This document shows, in pieces, positions 1 to 8,938 of a stretch of DNA of 64,000 bases. The notes below the pieces were generated by a model that had not been told where the DNA came from, ran no database searches, and was given only the letters and a program-made list of their open reading frames with translations. Numbering within the stretch: the stretch's first letter is position 1; the number at the start of each line of letters is the position of its first letter. The position numbers and the translations under genes were made by a program. The stretch comes from a virus, in IMG/VR virus record IMGVR_UViG_3300035698_018873, positions 3,755 through 67,754 of that record. One strand, 5' to 3'.

Positions 1-101
1 TGATTTAGAATCTCGTAGTCTTCACCAAATATTTCCTTGCACAGTTCAAAATAATAATTGCGAGTTCGATCTAGTAATGTTTTAGCTTCTTCTATGTTCA
101 T
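1..101 (-). CDS. Hypothetical protein, 5' part only (runs off the window)
   Basis: Manual translation from ATG at 101: MNIEEAKTLLDRTRNYYFELCKEIFGEDYEILN..., open to the window edge. Confidence 0.55.
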   Translation of the reverse strand, partial: MNIEEAKTLLDRTRNYYFELCKEIFGEDYEILN

Positions 102-161
102 TAAACGTAAAATACAACAAGATCTATATTAGAATACAGGTTAATACAACAGGGGCAATAT

Positions 162-695
162 TTAAACTCGTGATTTATTTCTGTGTGGCATATCAATATG
201 TGGAATATCTTTATCTAAAAAGCCACACAATCTGTTCCAGCCATCATCACCATCACACAAGTTCATCATTAAAATGTCATTTCTTCCACTAAAATAATTT
301 TCAACTCTCATACTATGTCTATGATATCCTCTTATCATTCTTCTTTTATTAAATCTCGTGCATTCAAACAAATCAATGTGAGATTTATACACTTCCGGTC
401 CGCACCTGTCATTTTCCGCCAACTTTTTACCCCAGCCAAATCTAGCTGATGCCATTTTCATTGAATTAAGCCAATTATCCAAATCTCTTGTGGTGCAGAT
501 GAATTTAGACCCAGGATACAAGGAATCTAATCTTTCAAATTCATTGCATATAGGTGAATCAACTAGGGCATCAAAGCTAGATGCCCATTCTATAGTTTTA
601 GGGTAATGTTTAGTTTTATATCCAAGTATCTCTAAAGATTCTGATAAGCTAGCAGTGCCAGTTCTTGGTAAGCCTATTCCAAATATTTTAGTCAT
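162..695 (-). CDS. P-loop sulfotransferase-family protein
   Basis: N-terminal IFGIGLPRTGTASL (PAPS-binding loop), YPGSKFICTTRD..W..S, GWNRLCGFL...PHxN. Confidence 0.85.
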   Translation of the reverse strand: MTKIFGIGLPRTGTASLSESLEILGYKTKHYPKTIEWASSFDALVDSPICNEFERLDSLYPGSKFICTTRDLDNWLNSMKMASARFGWGKKLAENDRCGPEVYKSHIDLFECTRFNKRRMIRGYHRHSMRVENYFSGRNDILMMNLCDGDDGWNRLCGFLDKDIPHIDMPHRNKSRV

Positions 696-1531
696 ACTAA
701 ATCCAACAAGTACTCAGCCGCTGAAATTGGCTTATATGTATTTTCCCAAAGCATCTTAGACGCTCTAGCAAATGGTCTAGGATCAACTGTTTTTAATTTT
801 TCTAAATCAAGTGGGTTAGCAATATGTAAAAAATGTCTATTTGGTATAAAATCAAAATCATAACTTGGGATATAATTCAGTGCCAGTGGGATACCGCAAG
901 ACGAATATTCTATTTCTCTGGTATTTTTACCATCACAATTGTATTTATTGCCACCTTGTAATATCAGTCCCCATTTGCATTCTTTTAAAACATCACAAAA
1001 TTTGCCAACTGGCAATCTTCCAGTATGAAAATTTTCATCACCAGAACATCTTTTTACAAAAGCTGGTCTTCCCCATCTCTTGTTGCTATTTCTGCCGCCA
1101 GCACAAGACGCTATATATTTAAAATCGTTGTTTTGGTCCCATTTGAAATACTCAAGCGGGAAATTTAAATTACACCACATTATCCATGACACCACTTTAA
1201 TTCCAGTATTTAACTTGAATTCATTCCAAAATTCATGTGGGTGATATTGTGTTTTTATTATTACTTTAACATTGCTAAAAATGTTTTTAAACAAGCCATC
1301 TTCATACATTGCTTTTATATTAAAACATCCACCGTTGGCATCAAACGCTACAGCTATTCCATTAATAACAGCTAAAGCAAATCCTTCTTCTTTCCTATGA
1401 TATTTTTCTGGCGCAACAGCGGTTTTTGATTTGTTTATATCAAATAAGCCGCTATCACTAAGTGTCCTTATTAAGGAATGATATCCTTGAGACAAGCCAG
1501 AATCATCATCATGTAAAGTCAATTTGTGCAT
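692..1531 (-). CDS. Putative glycosyltransferase (GT-B/exostosin-like C-terminus)
   Basis: LKECKWGLILQG...KNTREIEYSSCGIP...FIPNRHFL pattern; 4-nt overlap with the sulfotransferase. Confidence 0.6.
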   Translation of the reverse strand: MHKLTLHDDDSGLSQGYHSLIRTLSDSGLFDINKSKTAVAPEKYHRKEEGFALAVINGIAVAFDANGGCFNIKAMYEDGLFKNIFSNVKVIIKTQYHPHEFWNEFKLNTGIKVVSWIMWCNLNFPLEYFKWDQNNDFKYIASCAGGRNSNKRWGRPAFVKRCSGDENFHTGRLPVGKFCDVLKECKWGLILQGGNKYNCDGKNTREIEYSSCGIPLALNYIPSYDFDFIPNRHFLHIANPLDLEKLKTVDPRPFARASKMLWENTYKPISAAEYLLDLV

Positions 1532-1554
1532 GTATTATTTACACACAGCAAAAT

Positions 1555-1854
1555 CTATCCACCAGACATTGAGATAATAGAATTCAAAGAATCATCCGTA
1601 CGTTTTCTGCAAGCAGAAACTTGTTTTTTGTTGGACTTCTGAATTGCTTTAGCGATTAAATATTTTACTTCTTTACCAAATGTACCACCTTTTTCTTCTA
1701 TTTCTTCTTTGATAAATTCATAAATAGCTTCTATTTGATTGCGCCCACCATAGTCAGTTCTCATGAATTGCTTTGATTTTTTAGCACATTCGCTAATTAA
1801 TCTAAGTCTAGTGGTCCTACGTTTTAACTCGTTTAATTTGCATTTATCGGTCAT
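1555..1854 (-). CDS. Hypothetical protein
   Basis: ORF; ATG at 1854 preceded by AAGGAG. Confidence 0.6.
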   Translation of the reverse strand: MTDKCKLNELKRRTTRLRLISECAKKSKQFMRTDYGGRNQIEAIYEFIKEEIEEKGGTFGKEVKYLIAKAIQKSNKKQVSACRKRTDDSLNSIISMSGG

Positions 1855-1903
1855 AATGATTTCTCCTTGCACTTTTTAGTAACAAAAAGCACAAAAGAAA
1901 TTA

Positions 1904-2308
1904 TTATAAAACCACTTCTAACAACGACCTTTGTCTACAAACATACAAATTACCATCAGCAACAAAGGCGAATTGATGTTTAAAAATTTTAGGAATTTTT
2001 AGTTTTTTGTATTCATCTGGTTCAATAAGCCATGCTGGACTATAAGACAATTCACCAGACAATACAATTTGATTAACTTTTTCAGCATTTCTAGGAATTT
2101 TCATTTTTCTAATTTCAACTACACAAACCATCCAATCAGTTATGATTCTAGTCTTTCCATCATTAGTTTTCATAATGATTTGGTTAATTTCATCATGGGT
2201 TACAAATTTTTTAATACCCATATCATTTTGTTCATGTTCAAAGTCAACAAATTCGACATTTTCATAACAAAATGAATTTCCAGTAATAGCTCTTTTTACT
2301 TTAAGCAT
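1904..2308 (-). CDS. Hypothetical protein
   Basis: 134-aa ORF; AAATATA-N4-ATG upstream. Confidence 0.65.
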   Translation of the reverse strand: MLKVKRAITGNSFCYENVEFVDFEHEQNDMGIKKFVTHDEINQIIMKTNDGKTRIITDWMVCVVEIRKMKIPRNAEKVNQIVLSGELSYSPAWLIEPDEYKKLKIPKIFKHQFAFVADGNLYVCRQRSLLEVVL

Positions 2309-2323
2309 GTCATATATTTGACA

Positions 2324-3112
2324 TTAAACATTAAAATCATCAAGGACAATGTCTTCATTTGATTCAGAACTTGATTCAGAACTTGATTCAGAACTTGATT
2401 CAGAACATTCTAGCTTATTTTTTTCAAGACTTTCATGGCCATCTGCATCATCATGGGGTTCTAATTCTTTTTTTATAGACTTAGTAAAAATATTGGTATT
2501 TGGATCATCAATATCACCATCACCACCAAATTTTTTTGGTGATATCATTTGGTTAATTTCTTCAGTTACTCTTGCAGCACCTTCTGTTGGATCAACCCTG
2601 CTAAATTTCATAGTAATATCAATAACATCTTGTCTATCACCTGGTTTTGATCCAGTCAGCGATACACCAAACGAACTCCTAGAAACTTCCATATCCTTTT
2701 TGACATCATGCAATCTACTTTTAACTTCATGTTTTGATAATCTAACTGCCATTCTTACTTCCATCTCTGATAGCCCTAAAGTAGACGGGTCAATGAGAGA
2801 TAGCAGCGGAACTTCTAAATAATGATCACCATCAATTTTAGTCTTAACAACCTTAGGTATTAATGTTCCGTCATCTGATTGGTGAAAATACGTTGACAAT
2901 TGTTTAATAAATTGTTGGTCTTGTACCTCATGTGCTGTGTTGGCAGCATGCGCTATACCGCGTACCATATCTGATAAAGTATCATTATCTGCTTTTATAT
3001 TATCAGGCTTTAATATATTAAGACCAAAATCAGAATCACCATCATCATTTGGTGATTCTGATTTATTTTTCTTTTTTTTCTTTTTCCAAGACAATGGATT
3101 CCACCAGCTCAT
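2324..3112 (-). CDS. DUF2589-like protein (second of pair)
   Basis: LSDMVRGIAHA..QQFIKQLSTYF..L.PK..LEVPLLSLIDPSTLGL..IDITMKF..PTEGAARV; acidic tail. Confidence 0.7.
   Translation of the reverse strand: MSWWNPLSWKKKKKKNKSESPNDDGDSDFGLNILKPDNIKADNDTLSDMVRGIAHAANTAHEVQDQQFIKQLSTYFHQSDDGTLIPKVVKTKIDGDHYLEVPLLSLIDPSTLGLSEMEVRMAVRLSKHEVKSRLHDVKKDMEVSRSSFGVSLTGSKPGDRQDVIDITMKFSRVDPTEGAARVTEEINQMISPKKFGGDGDIDDPNTNIFTKSIKKELEPHDDADGHESLEKNKLECSESSSESSSESSSESNEDIVLDDFNV
2359..2406. repeat. 4 x 12-bp tandem repeat (TTGATTCAGAAC), encoding SSES repeats
   Basis: Seen directly. Confidence 0.9.
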
Positions 3113-3684
3113 CCATTAGTTACCACCCTGGGCTGAGCAGAAGCATTTAGTATAGCTTCTAAAAATCTGTGCATGCCTTCTGGACAGTCATCCTTAGCTA
3201 TTTTCATACTAGCAGCATAACGCGCTCTGGTGTCAGTTTTTCTAGTCTGCGATGATTTGTGACTAGCCCTGCCAGTAACCTTAACGCTAAACGGACCCCA
3301 GCCAGCTTTCATTTCAAAGCTTCCTTCGGCCTCAGTCGAAGCAGTCGATTCTTCAGACGACTGAATAGTCATCTCAAACTCAATATTGCCTTCTTGAACA
3401 TTAACATTTGGATGTGTCAGCAACGACAGCAATGGGACAGATATTATTTTTGTTATTGTGTCTGTAACATTTCCTTCACCATCAAGAATGGTCTCGCTGT
3501 ATTTAGCATCAACCATTATAACATTACCGTCTTTGTCCAAACCAACAGTTTTTACCCATTCCATATACTGGAAAGATAATTGTTTCTGAGTTTCAGCCAT
3601 AGCAACTGCTGGCACTTTAAACATACGATCTAAAGGTAATGCATTAACCGCTCCACCTACTAGGCTTCCTATATTAGCTGTCAT
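3109..3684 (-). CDS. DUF2589-like protein (first of pair)
   Basis: LPLDRMFKVPAVAMAETQ..WVKTVGL..ISVPLLSLL.HPN..IEFEM..GWGPFSV..RKTDTRARY..PEGM..LEAI; AAGGAG SD. Confidence 0.8.
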   Translation of the reverse strand: MTANIGSLVGGAVNALPLDRMFKVPAVAMAETQKQLSFQYMEWVKTVGLDKDGNVIMVDAKYSETILDGEGNVTDTITKIISVPLLSLLTHPNVNVQEGNIEFEMTIQSSEESTASTEAEGSFEMKAGWGPFSVKVTGRASHKSSQTRKTDTRARYAASMKIAKDDCPEGMHRFLEAILNASAQPRVVTNG

Positions 3685-3731
3685 GACTGTCTCCTTATGT
3701 TTATATTTGAATTAAAAAACTATAAGAAAAG

Positions 3732-4385
3732 CTATATAGATTTATTTCTTCCTGGAATTACCCAAATGTACGGATTTCTCTTGCCATTTTTAACAATTAC
3801 TGGCTTAATTTCTTTTTTATTACAGAAATATGTTATTGCTTCCGATACAGTTCTTCTATTGTTTTGAGAAGGATTTTCCCAAATAAGATCATCACCAGTT
3901 ATGACAGCATTTGGAAACAGTGTATATGCAATTTCTATATCAGTGATAACATCTTCATATTGATGCGATGCATCTACATAAACAACATCAACATCATCAC
4001 AAATACCATATTTGGCAATTTCCATCATGCCAGAAACAGTATCCATTTTTAGTGGTATTAAATATTCCCTTTGGTCCCAACACGACAAAACAAAGGCATC
4101 ATGCAAATCATCTAATTGCTCTTGAGTAAAGTCAGTGTGTTCAGCGCTGCCAGTCCAATGATCAATACACACAACATTTATTTCATCGGACTTTGAACAC
4201 CACCATCTGGTACTATATCCAACCCAACTACCAAGTTCCACAACAAGTCTAGTAGACTTGTTGACATATTTAGACAAAATATCTATATGTCTCCTATCAA
4301 ACCACTTTGGATACACAGATAAGTCTATGTTCTTTAATGGTTTGATAGGATAAGGAAAATCTTTTCTTAAGTTATTGATGCCCAC
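3732..4385 (-). CDS. Class I SAM-dependent methyltransferase (Methyltransf_24-like)
   Basis: VVELGSWVGYST, CIDHWTGS, VYVDASHQYEDV, ITGDD. Confidence 0.85.
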   Translation of the reverse strand: MGINNLRKDFPYPIKPLKNIDLSVYPKWFDRRHIDILSKYVNKSTRLVVELGSWVGYSTRWWCSKSDEINVVCIDHWTGSAEHTDFTQEQLDDLHDAFVLSCWDQREYLIPLKMDTVSGMMEIAKYGICDDVDVVYVDASHQYEDVITDIEIAYTLFPNAVITGDDLIWENPSQNNRRTVSEAITYFCNKKEIKPVIVKNGKRNPYIWVIPGRNKSI

Positions 4386-4399
4386 TGCCTAGTTACTTA

Positions 4400-4684
4400 C
4401 TAGGTTAGTATACCAAGTATATTCTTTTCCTGAACAATCAACACATCTTCACCATCGTGGTGAATGTACGATACAACATTTCCAATCAACACCTTATCAC
4501 CGACTTTAAATTCCATTGGAACTCTCTTGCCAGATTTAATAATTTTACCAGGACCAACAGCCAAAACAGTACCAGTTTGCTTAAGCTCTCTAGTTTGTTC
4601 TGGAAGTAAAAGGCCTTCCTGAGTTTCTTCTTCAGGATCATCACGTTTTACGATGATGTTATCGTTCATTGGTTTTAAGTTCAT
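4400..4684 (-). CDS. groES: Co-chaperonin GroES
   Basis: LKPMNDNIIVK..TQEGLLLP..GTVLAVGPG..KVGDKVL..EKNILGIL. Confidence 0.93.
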   Translation of the reverse strand: MNLKPMNDNIIVKRDDPEEETQEGLLLPEQTRELKQTGTVLAVGPGKIIKSGKRVPMEFKVGDKVLIGNVVSYIHHDGEDVLIVQEKNILGILT

Positions 4685-4977
4685 TCTATCCCCTGCACAA
4701 ATTCGGTTTTGCCTACAGTAACAGCAATAGAATCTTGCTCATACTTTTCGGCTATGTCTGCTAATTCTTCTTTAAAACCGTCGATCATTTTACTATCAAT
4801 GTTACCAACCCAACAAGCATTTTGCCATACCTCTGTTGGATCAGAAAATCCAGTAAAATGCATTTCAGTGTATTCTCTCATTTTGGCAGCAATATTCTTG
4901 ATAAATCTAGACCACTTTTTTTGTGGCAAGCTATCATCAGAATTACCAATTTGAACTACTATAGTTTTTTTACTCAT
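4681..4977 (-). CDS. Hypothetical protein
   Basis: ORF coupled to both neighbours; IGNSDD..WQNACW..YEQDSIAV. Confidence 0.7.
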   Translation of the reverse strand: MSKKTIVVQIGNSDDSLPQKKWSRFIKNIAAKMREYTEMHFTGFSDPTEVWQNACWVGNIDSKMIDGFKEELADIAEKYEQDSIAVTVGKTEFVQGIE

Positions 4978-5503
4978 TGACAAACCCATCTATTTGATCT
5001 GCTATTTGGATAGAAGAATCAAATACTTTCATTTTATCTGCGTGGTTAATACTAAGTTTTAACCACAGGTCATAAAGAATAATTGAATCGCCATCCATTC
5101 TGTCCATAGAAAGTTTCAACTTTGCAGGGTCAGAATCTCTATTTTGCGCTCTTTTAATTCTAGTTTCTTTAGGAGTAAACAGATGTGCTATCTTGCAAGA
5201 ATAACGATTGTTATTAATATAACTTTCTAAACACCATTTAAGCTGAACTTCATTTCTCGGCTGGCCATCAACTACAGGTACTAAACCTTCAGAAATAGCT
5301 TCTTCTATGCCTTCACACATTAATTTGAATGCTATTTCGTCAGTTTTTGCTGGAGCAGCTTGCCCGTCAAAATAATCTGGAGAAAACATTTCTCTGAGTT
5401 TTTTACCTACAACCACTGGATAATAACCAATCTTAGACAATTCGTCAATAGTATACGTCTTACCACAATTAGTAGCGCCCATCAAAAACAGTATCTTATT
5501 CAT
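4970..5503 (-). CDS. Adenylate-kinase-like nucleoside monophosphate kinase
   Basis: P-loop GATNCGKT, GKKLR, VDGQPRN (cf. DGFPR), R..RA..R lid; ATG at 5503 with GGAG SD. Confidence 0.8.
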   Translation of the reverse strand: MNKILFLMGATNCGKTYTIDELSKIGYYPVVVGKKLREMFSPDYFDGQAAPAKTDEIAFKLMCEGIEEAISEGLVPVVDGQPRNEVQLKWCLESYINNNRYSCKIAHLFTPKETRIKRAQNRDSDPAKLKLSMDRMDGDSIILYDLWLKLSINHADKMKVFDSSIQIADQIDGFVNE

Positions 5504-5527
5504 AATGTTCTCCAATAATTAAATACA

Positions 5528-5651
5528 TCACAAATGATTACGACCAATAAGACTTAACGCATTGTCGCATACAGTCTTTAGTGTATCTTTTGGCGTATCA
5601 TCAGAATCAATTAAGCATTTTAAATGTTCTATAGTTGCTATTGCTCCTGGG
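5528..5651. repeat. Inverted repeat, left arm (124 bp, pairs with 11969..12092)
   Basis: Manual gap-free alignment of the reverse complement: 13 mismatches in 124 nt. Confidence 0.9.
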
Positions 5652-5992
5652 CTACGACCACCGCAATCAAAGTCGATTAATGAATCTGGCATATTGTTTT
5701 CTATTACTTCAGTCCAATGAGCACCACCGTCATAAAAACATATATCAAAACAATACGAACCATCTCTTAATTTGTTGACATCAGCCCATCCTTTTTCAGG
5801 ACTAGATTCTGTATAATTAGCTTTAATTATTCCTATACCATCAATAAAATCATAACCATTAACTTCACTTAAAGTATTGATCCAAGTGCCATTAATTACA
5901 ATTTCGCCATTATCTATACATATTTTTTTAGCTTCTTCTTCTGATATTTCCAAAATTTTAAAAGTACCAACCATCCTAGTAGTTTTAGACAT
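5528..5992 (-). CDS. Hypothetical protein; last 40 codons shared with 11769..12092
   Basis: ATG at 5992 overlaps the upstream stop; C-terminus PGAIATIEHLKCLIDSDDTPKDTLKTVCDNALSLIGRNHL. Confidence 0.7.
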   Translation of the reverse strand: MSKTTRMVGTFKILEISEEEAKKICIDNGEIVINGTWINTLSEVNGYDFIDGIGIIKANYTESSPEKGWADVNKLRDGSYCFDICFYDGGAHWTEVIENNMPDSLIDFDCGGRSPGAIATIEHLKCLIDSDDTPKDTLKTVCDNALSLIGRNHL

Positions 5993-7088
5993 TTTTTCTC
6001 CAGTCGCCTTCATTAGACCAACAAGTTTCATATTCAAAATCAAGTATTGATAACACTTTATTGATAATATTAATTGGATCATCGATTTGATCACAACAAG
6101 TAAACATTAATTTAGGAGTTATTTTAAATCCTTTGCTTTTCGCTTTTTTAATATCTCTATCAATATCTTCTTTCATCCTACTAATGTTGAGGGTAGCAAA
6201 CCTCATAGATCCCTGAAAGTCATTAGTAACATTGGTTTTATCTGTTATGCCAGTAACTGGCTTACCAGCCAATTCGCCAGCACCATGTCTGGTAAGATAA
6301 ACTCTAGTAACATAATGAACAACTAATTCATCTACTTTTGGATCAGCTATTTCAAGAACATTATCTATGCCAGTGTTAGAATAAGTAACATGAGGAAAAT
6401 CTATACTGTTTTGGTCAAGACATAGCCCTTGTGCACCTTCAAAAACCACATCATCAAATTCTCTAATCGCTTTTTTTGTTTCTATCATTTTGGTGTGAAT
6501 CTTAAAATCTTGCAAATCATAGAAAAAGTCATCAACCATTCTGCTAATAATGCCACGATCTATTTTCAGTTCAAGTTCTTCAATTCTTGGTAAAAAATAC
6601 TCATCTTCTAATAATTTAAAAGCCTCATTGTGCAGCCCAATTCTGAAAGAGAACTTTTTTATTGCGTTTCTTCTAATAGTTTCACCAAATCCCATACCGC
6701 AACTGCCGTGTCTACTAGTGCCTCTCTTTTTCTCAAGTGCCTGATTTATCAATATATCATAAGGAGTAACAAGCGGACAATTTGGGTCAACATATACTTT
6801 TATTTTTTGAAAACCGTTCGCCATTTTTTGACACAAAAATCCAGATTCTTTAAAAAACATTACTGGATCAATAGCAAAATGTGGTCCAAGTATTGTCGCT
6901 GCGCCTTTTACTGTGCCAGAGCCTAAACTATGAAACACGTGGCTGAAGCTGTCATAGCATACTGTATGCCCTGCTTGCGCACCGCCATTAAATCTGACTA
7001 CAGCTGAGTTAGGATTAGAAAGGTAATTTACAGTATTGCCTTTGCCCTCATCGCCATAATTGGAACCAATTACTACTTTTAATTTCAT
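5985..7088 (-). CDS. Divergent adenylosuccinate-synthetase (PurA)-family ligase
   Basis: GDEGKG, RFNGGAQAGHT, FEGAQG, PHVTYSNTG, YLTRHGAG; substrate loops differ from PurA. Confidence 0.88.
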   Translation of the reverse strand: MKLKVVIGSNYGDEGKGNTVNYLSNPNSAVVRFNGGAQAGHTVCYDSFSHVFHSLGSGTVKGAATILGPHFAIDPVMFFKESGFLCQKMANGFQKIKVYVDPNCPLVTPYDILINQALEKKRGTSRHGSCGMGFGETIRRNAIKKFSFRIGLHNEAFKLLEDEYFLPRIEELELKIDRGIISRMVDDFFYDLQDFKIHTKMIETKKAIREFDDVVFEGAQGLCLDQNSIDFPHVTYSNTGIDNVLEIADPKVDELVVHYVTRVYLTRHGAGELAGKPVTGITDKTNVTNDFQGSMRFATLNISRMKEDIDRDIKKAKSKGFKITPKLMFTCCDQIDDPINIINKVLSILDFEYETCWSNEGDWRKNV

Positions 7089-7106
7089 TTGTTCCTTAAT
7101 TGTTGT

Positions 7107-7994
7107 TTATTGCCTAGAGGGACCATACAAAGCGCGAGATACAGAATCCTTTACAGACTTATCATCCCATTGGCTGATCACTTCGTCTGGGTCGGCTCCT
7201 TCATTCACCATAATCACAGATGTCACAACTTGAGGCAGGTTGACGTGATTATCTAACAAAATAACCCTCTTACCAAGCAACTTTTCCCATTTTGAATAAA
7301 TTATACCAGAACGACTTCTAGCAAAACTTCCTTCTTCAGCAATAATATGAAAAACATTATATTTAACCTGTGCTGTTTCTAACATTTGTTCAGCATTCAA
7401 ATCAGCTTGCATGTCAATATTTACTGATTCTTTCAGCAAATTATTACTTGGAGACTCAGGGGGATATTCATCACCAACAGTGAACAAGTAACCCTTTTTA
7501 CCGCGCTTTTCAAAGCAATCTATTTCGGTCTTTTGAGAAGCAAAAGCCCAAGCTAAATCATAAGATTCATACTGGTTGCCGCCTCCGCCACCTTCTAGAT
7601 AAAGATCAACTAATTGGTCAGCGATTCTAATATCAGCTTCAAACTGAGTTACTTGCAAAGGATATCTATCACTCTGAATATCACCAATTGCCATCATCAT
7701 GATGTGAGGATCAGTAACTGGCCTGTTTTCTAGAATACTACTAACTAAGGTGCCAAGACCTTCTTTAGCAATTTTTTCAGCCACAAATCCCATTGATCCA
7801 GTAACATCAAGACCAAAAATCAAAGCAGTAGACTCTGGATTTACTTCTGAGTCTCTTGATTCACGAATGGTTATGATTTTAGGATCAAAATCCTTTTTAA
7901 TAGAACTGCTTTGAAATAACTCTTTACGTGACTTAGTGCTATAATTTGCACTACGTGCATTGTATTCAGATACATTCCAAGATGCACCACCCAT
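7107..7994 (-). CDS. VWA-domain protein
   Basis: MIDAS DVTGSM, RESRDS, EGGGGGNQYESY, LFTVGDE. Confidence 0.85.
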   Translation of the reverse strand: MGGASWNVSEYNARSANYSTKSRKELFQSSSIKKDFDPKIITIRESRDSEVNPESTALIFGLDVTGSMGFVAEKIAKEGLGTLVSSILENRPVTDPHIMMMAIGDIQSDRYPLQVTQFEADIRIADQLVDLYLEGGGGGNQYESYDLAWAFASQKTEIDCFEKRGKKGYLFTVGDEYPPESPSNNLLKESVNIDMQADLNAEQMLETAQVKYNVFHIIAEEGSFARSRSGIIYSKWEKLLGKRVILLDNHVNLPQVVTSVIMVNEGADPDEVISQWDDKSVKDSVSRALYGPSRQ

Positions 7995-8021
7995 GTAATC
8001 TCCTAAATAAAGGTTGTTTGA

Positions 8022-8930
8022 TTATTTGTCAAAAAATCCGCTCATCATTGAACCAGAATGCCCTTTTTTGCCGCTGCCGCCCATCATCTTCATCATCATC
8101 ATTGTCTGTATCATATTGCCAGAACCAGCTGCGCCAGCGCCCATACCACCCATTTGCGACATCAACATCATAGGCATAATGCTGTCCATATCACCCATAT
8201 CACCACCCATCATCATAAGCGGCATCAAGCTTCCTTGCATACCATTTAATCCTTCCGTTCCACCCAACATATCACCCAAATTTTTAAGAACCATCACGCC
8301 AGATTCAAATCCAAGCATTGATACTTTAGGTGGAGTCCAAGTGCCAGATGATCCATTAGGACTCATAGTGACAAATTTTTTAATAATTTTATCATCACCA
8401 CCTTCAACTTTAATAATTTTATCCTTAACTTCTATCACCCATCCTTTAGGTTTAGAATTAACATAAATCAAATCGCCAGTTTTTACCTTACCAACTTCTG
8501 TTGATTGAGCAAAAGCTGGAACAGGGATACCAAATTGATCAATCAGATTTAAATTGATCTGAGCATCTTCTCCCTCTCCATCCAAAGTAGAAATACCATC
8601 TTCACCTTGGATACCAACTTTACCAGTCATTAAGTCCCAAACAACACCATTAACTTTCTTAAAAAAGCGATCCATCATTTTGCTACCAAAGCCGTCGCCT
8701 AAATTCATCATTGTATTCTCCTTGTTTGTGTTTTCACTGTTTGTGATGAATTTATTTCTAGCTGCAACATCACGGTCGTAAATTAGATCAGTGTCATTAT
8801 AGTCACGATTACCACGACACAATGGATATTTAATGCACCCATAAAATGGAATACTGAGATGAGTATTTGTTTTTAAAACAGTTTCAGACCCACACAATGG
8901 GCATAACCCTGGTCCGCATTCATTTTTCAT
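8022..8930 (-). CDS. Protein with N-terminal C4 zinc ribbon and Met/Gly-rich C-terminus; probable internal start at 8711
   Basis: CPLCG..FYGCIKYPLC (topoisomerase-type zinc ribbon); AAGGAG before in-frame ATG at 8711; MPLMMMGG..MMMMKMMGG. Confidence 0.7.
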   Translation of the reverse strand: MKNECGPGLCPLCGSETVLKTNTHLSIPFYGCIKYPLCRGNRDYNDTDLIYDRDVAARNKFITNSENTNKENTMMNLGDGFGSKMMDRFFKKVNGVVWDLMTGKVGIQGEDGISTLDGEGEDAQINLNLIDQFGIPVPAFAQSTEVGKVKTGDLIYVNSKPKGWVIEVKDKIIKVEGGDDKIIKKFVTMSPNGSSGTWTPPKVSMLGFESGVMVLKNLGDMLGGTEGLNGMQGSLMPLMMMGGDMGDMDSIMPMMLMSQMGGMGAGAAGSGNMIQTMMMMKMMGGSGKKGHSGSMMSGFFDK

Positions 8931-8938
8931 TCTTGCTC

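Noticed and set aside
4400-4684. GroES without GroEL as a novelty
   Set aside because: Stand-alone co-chaperonins are well known in large phages (cf. T4 gp31)
5985-7088. PurZ / Z-genome pathway
   Set aside because: Catalytic Asp is retained (GDEGKG, not GSTGKG), and no DatZ- or MazZ-like gene was recognised in the window
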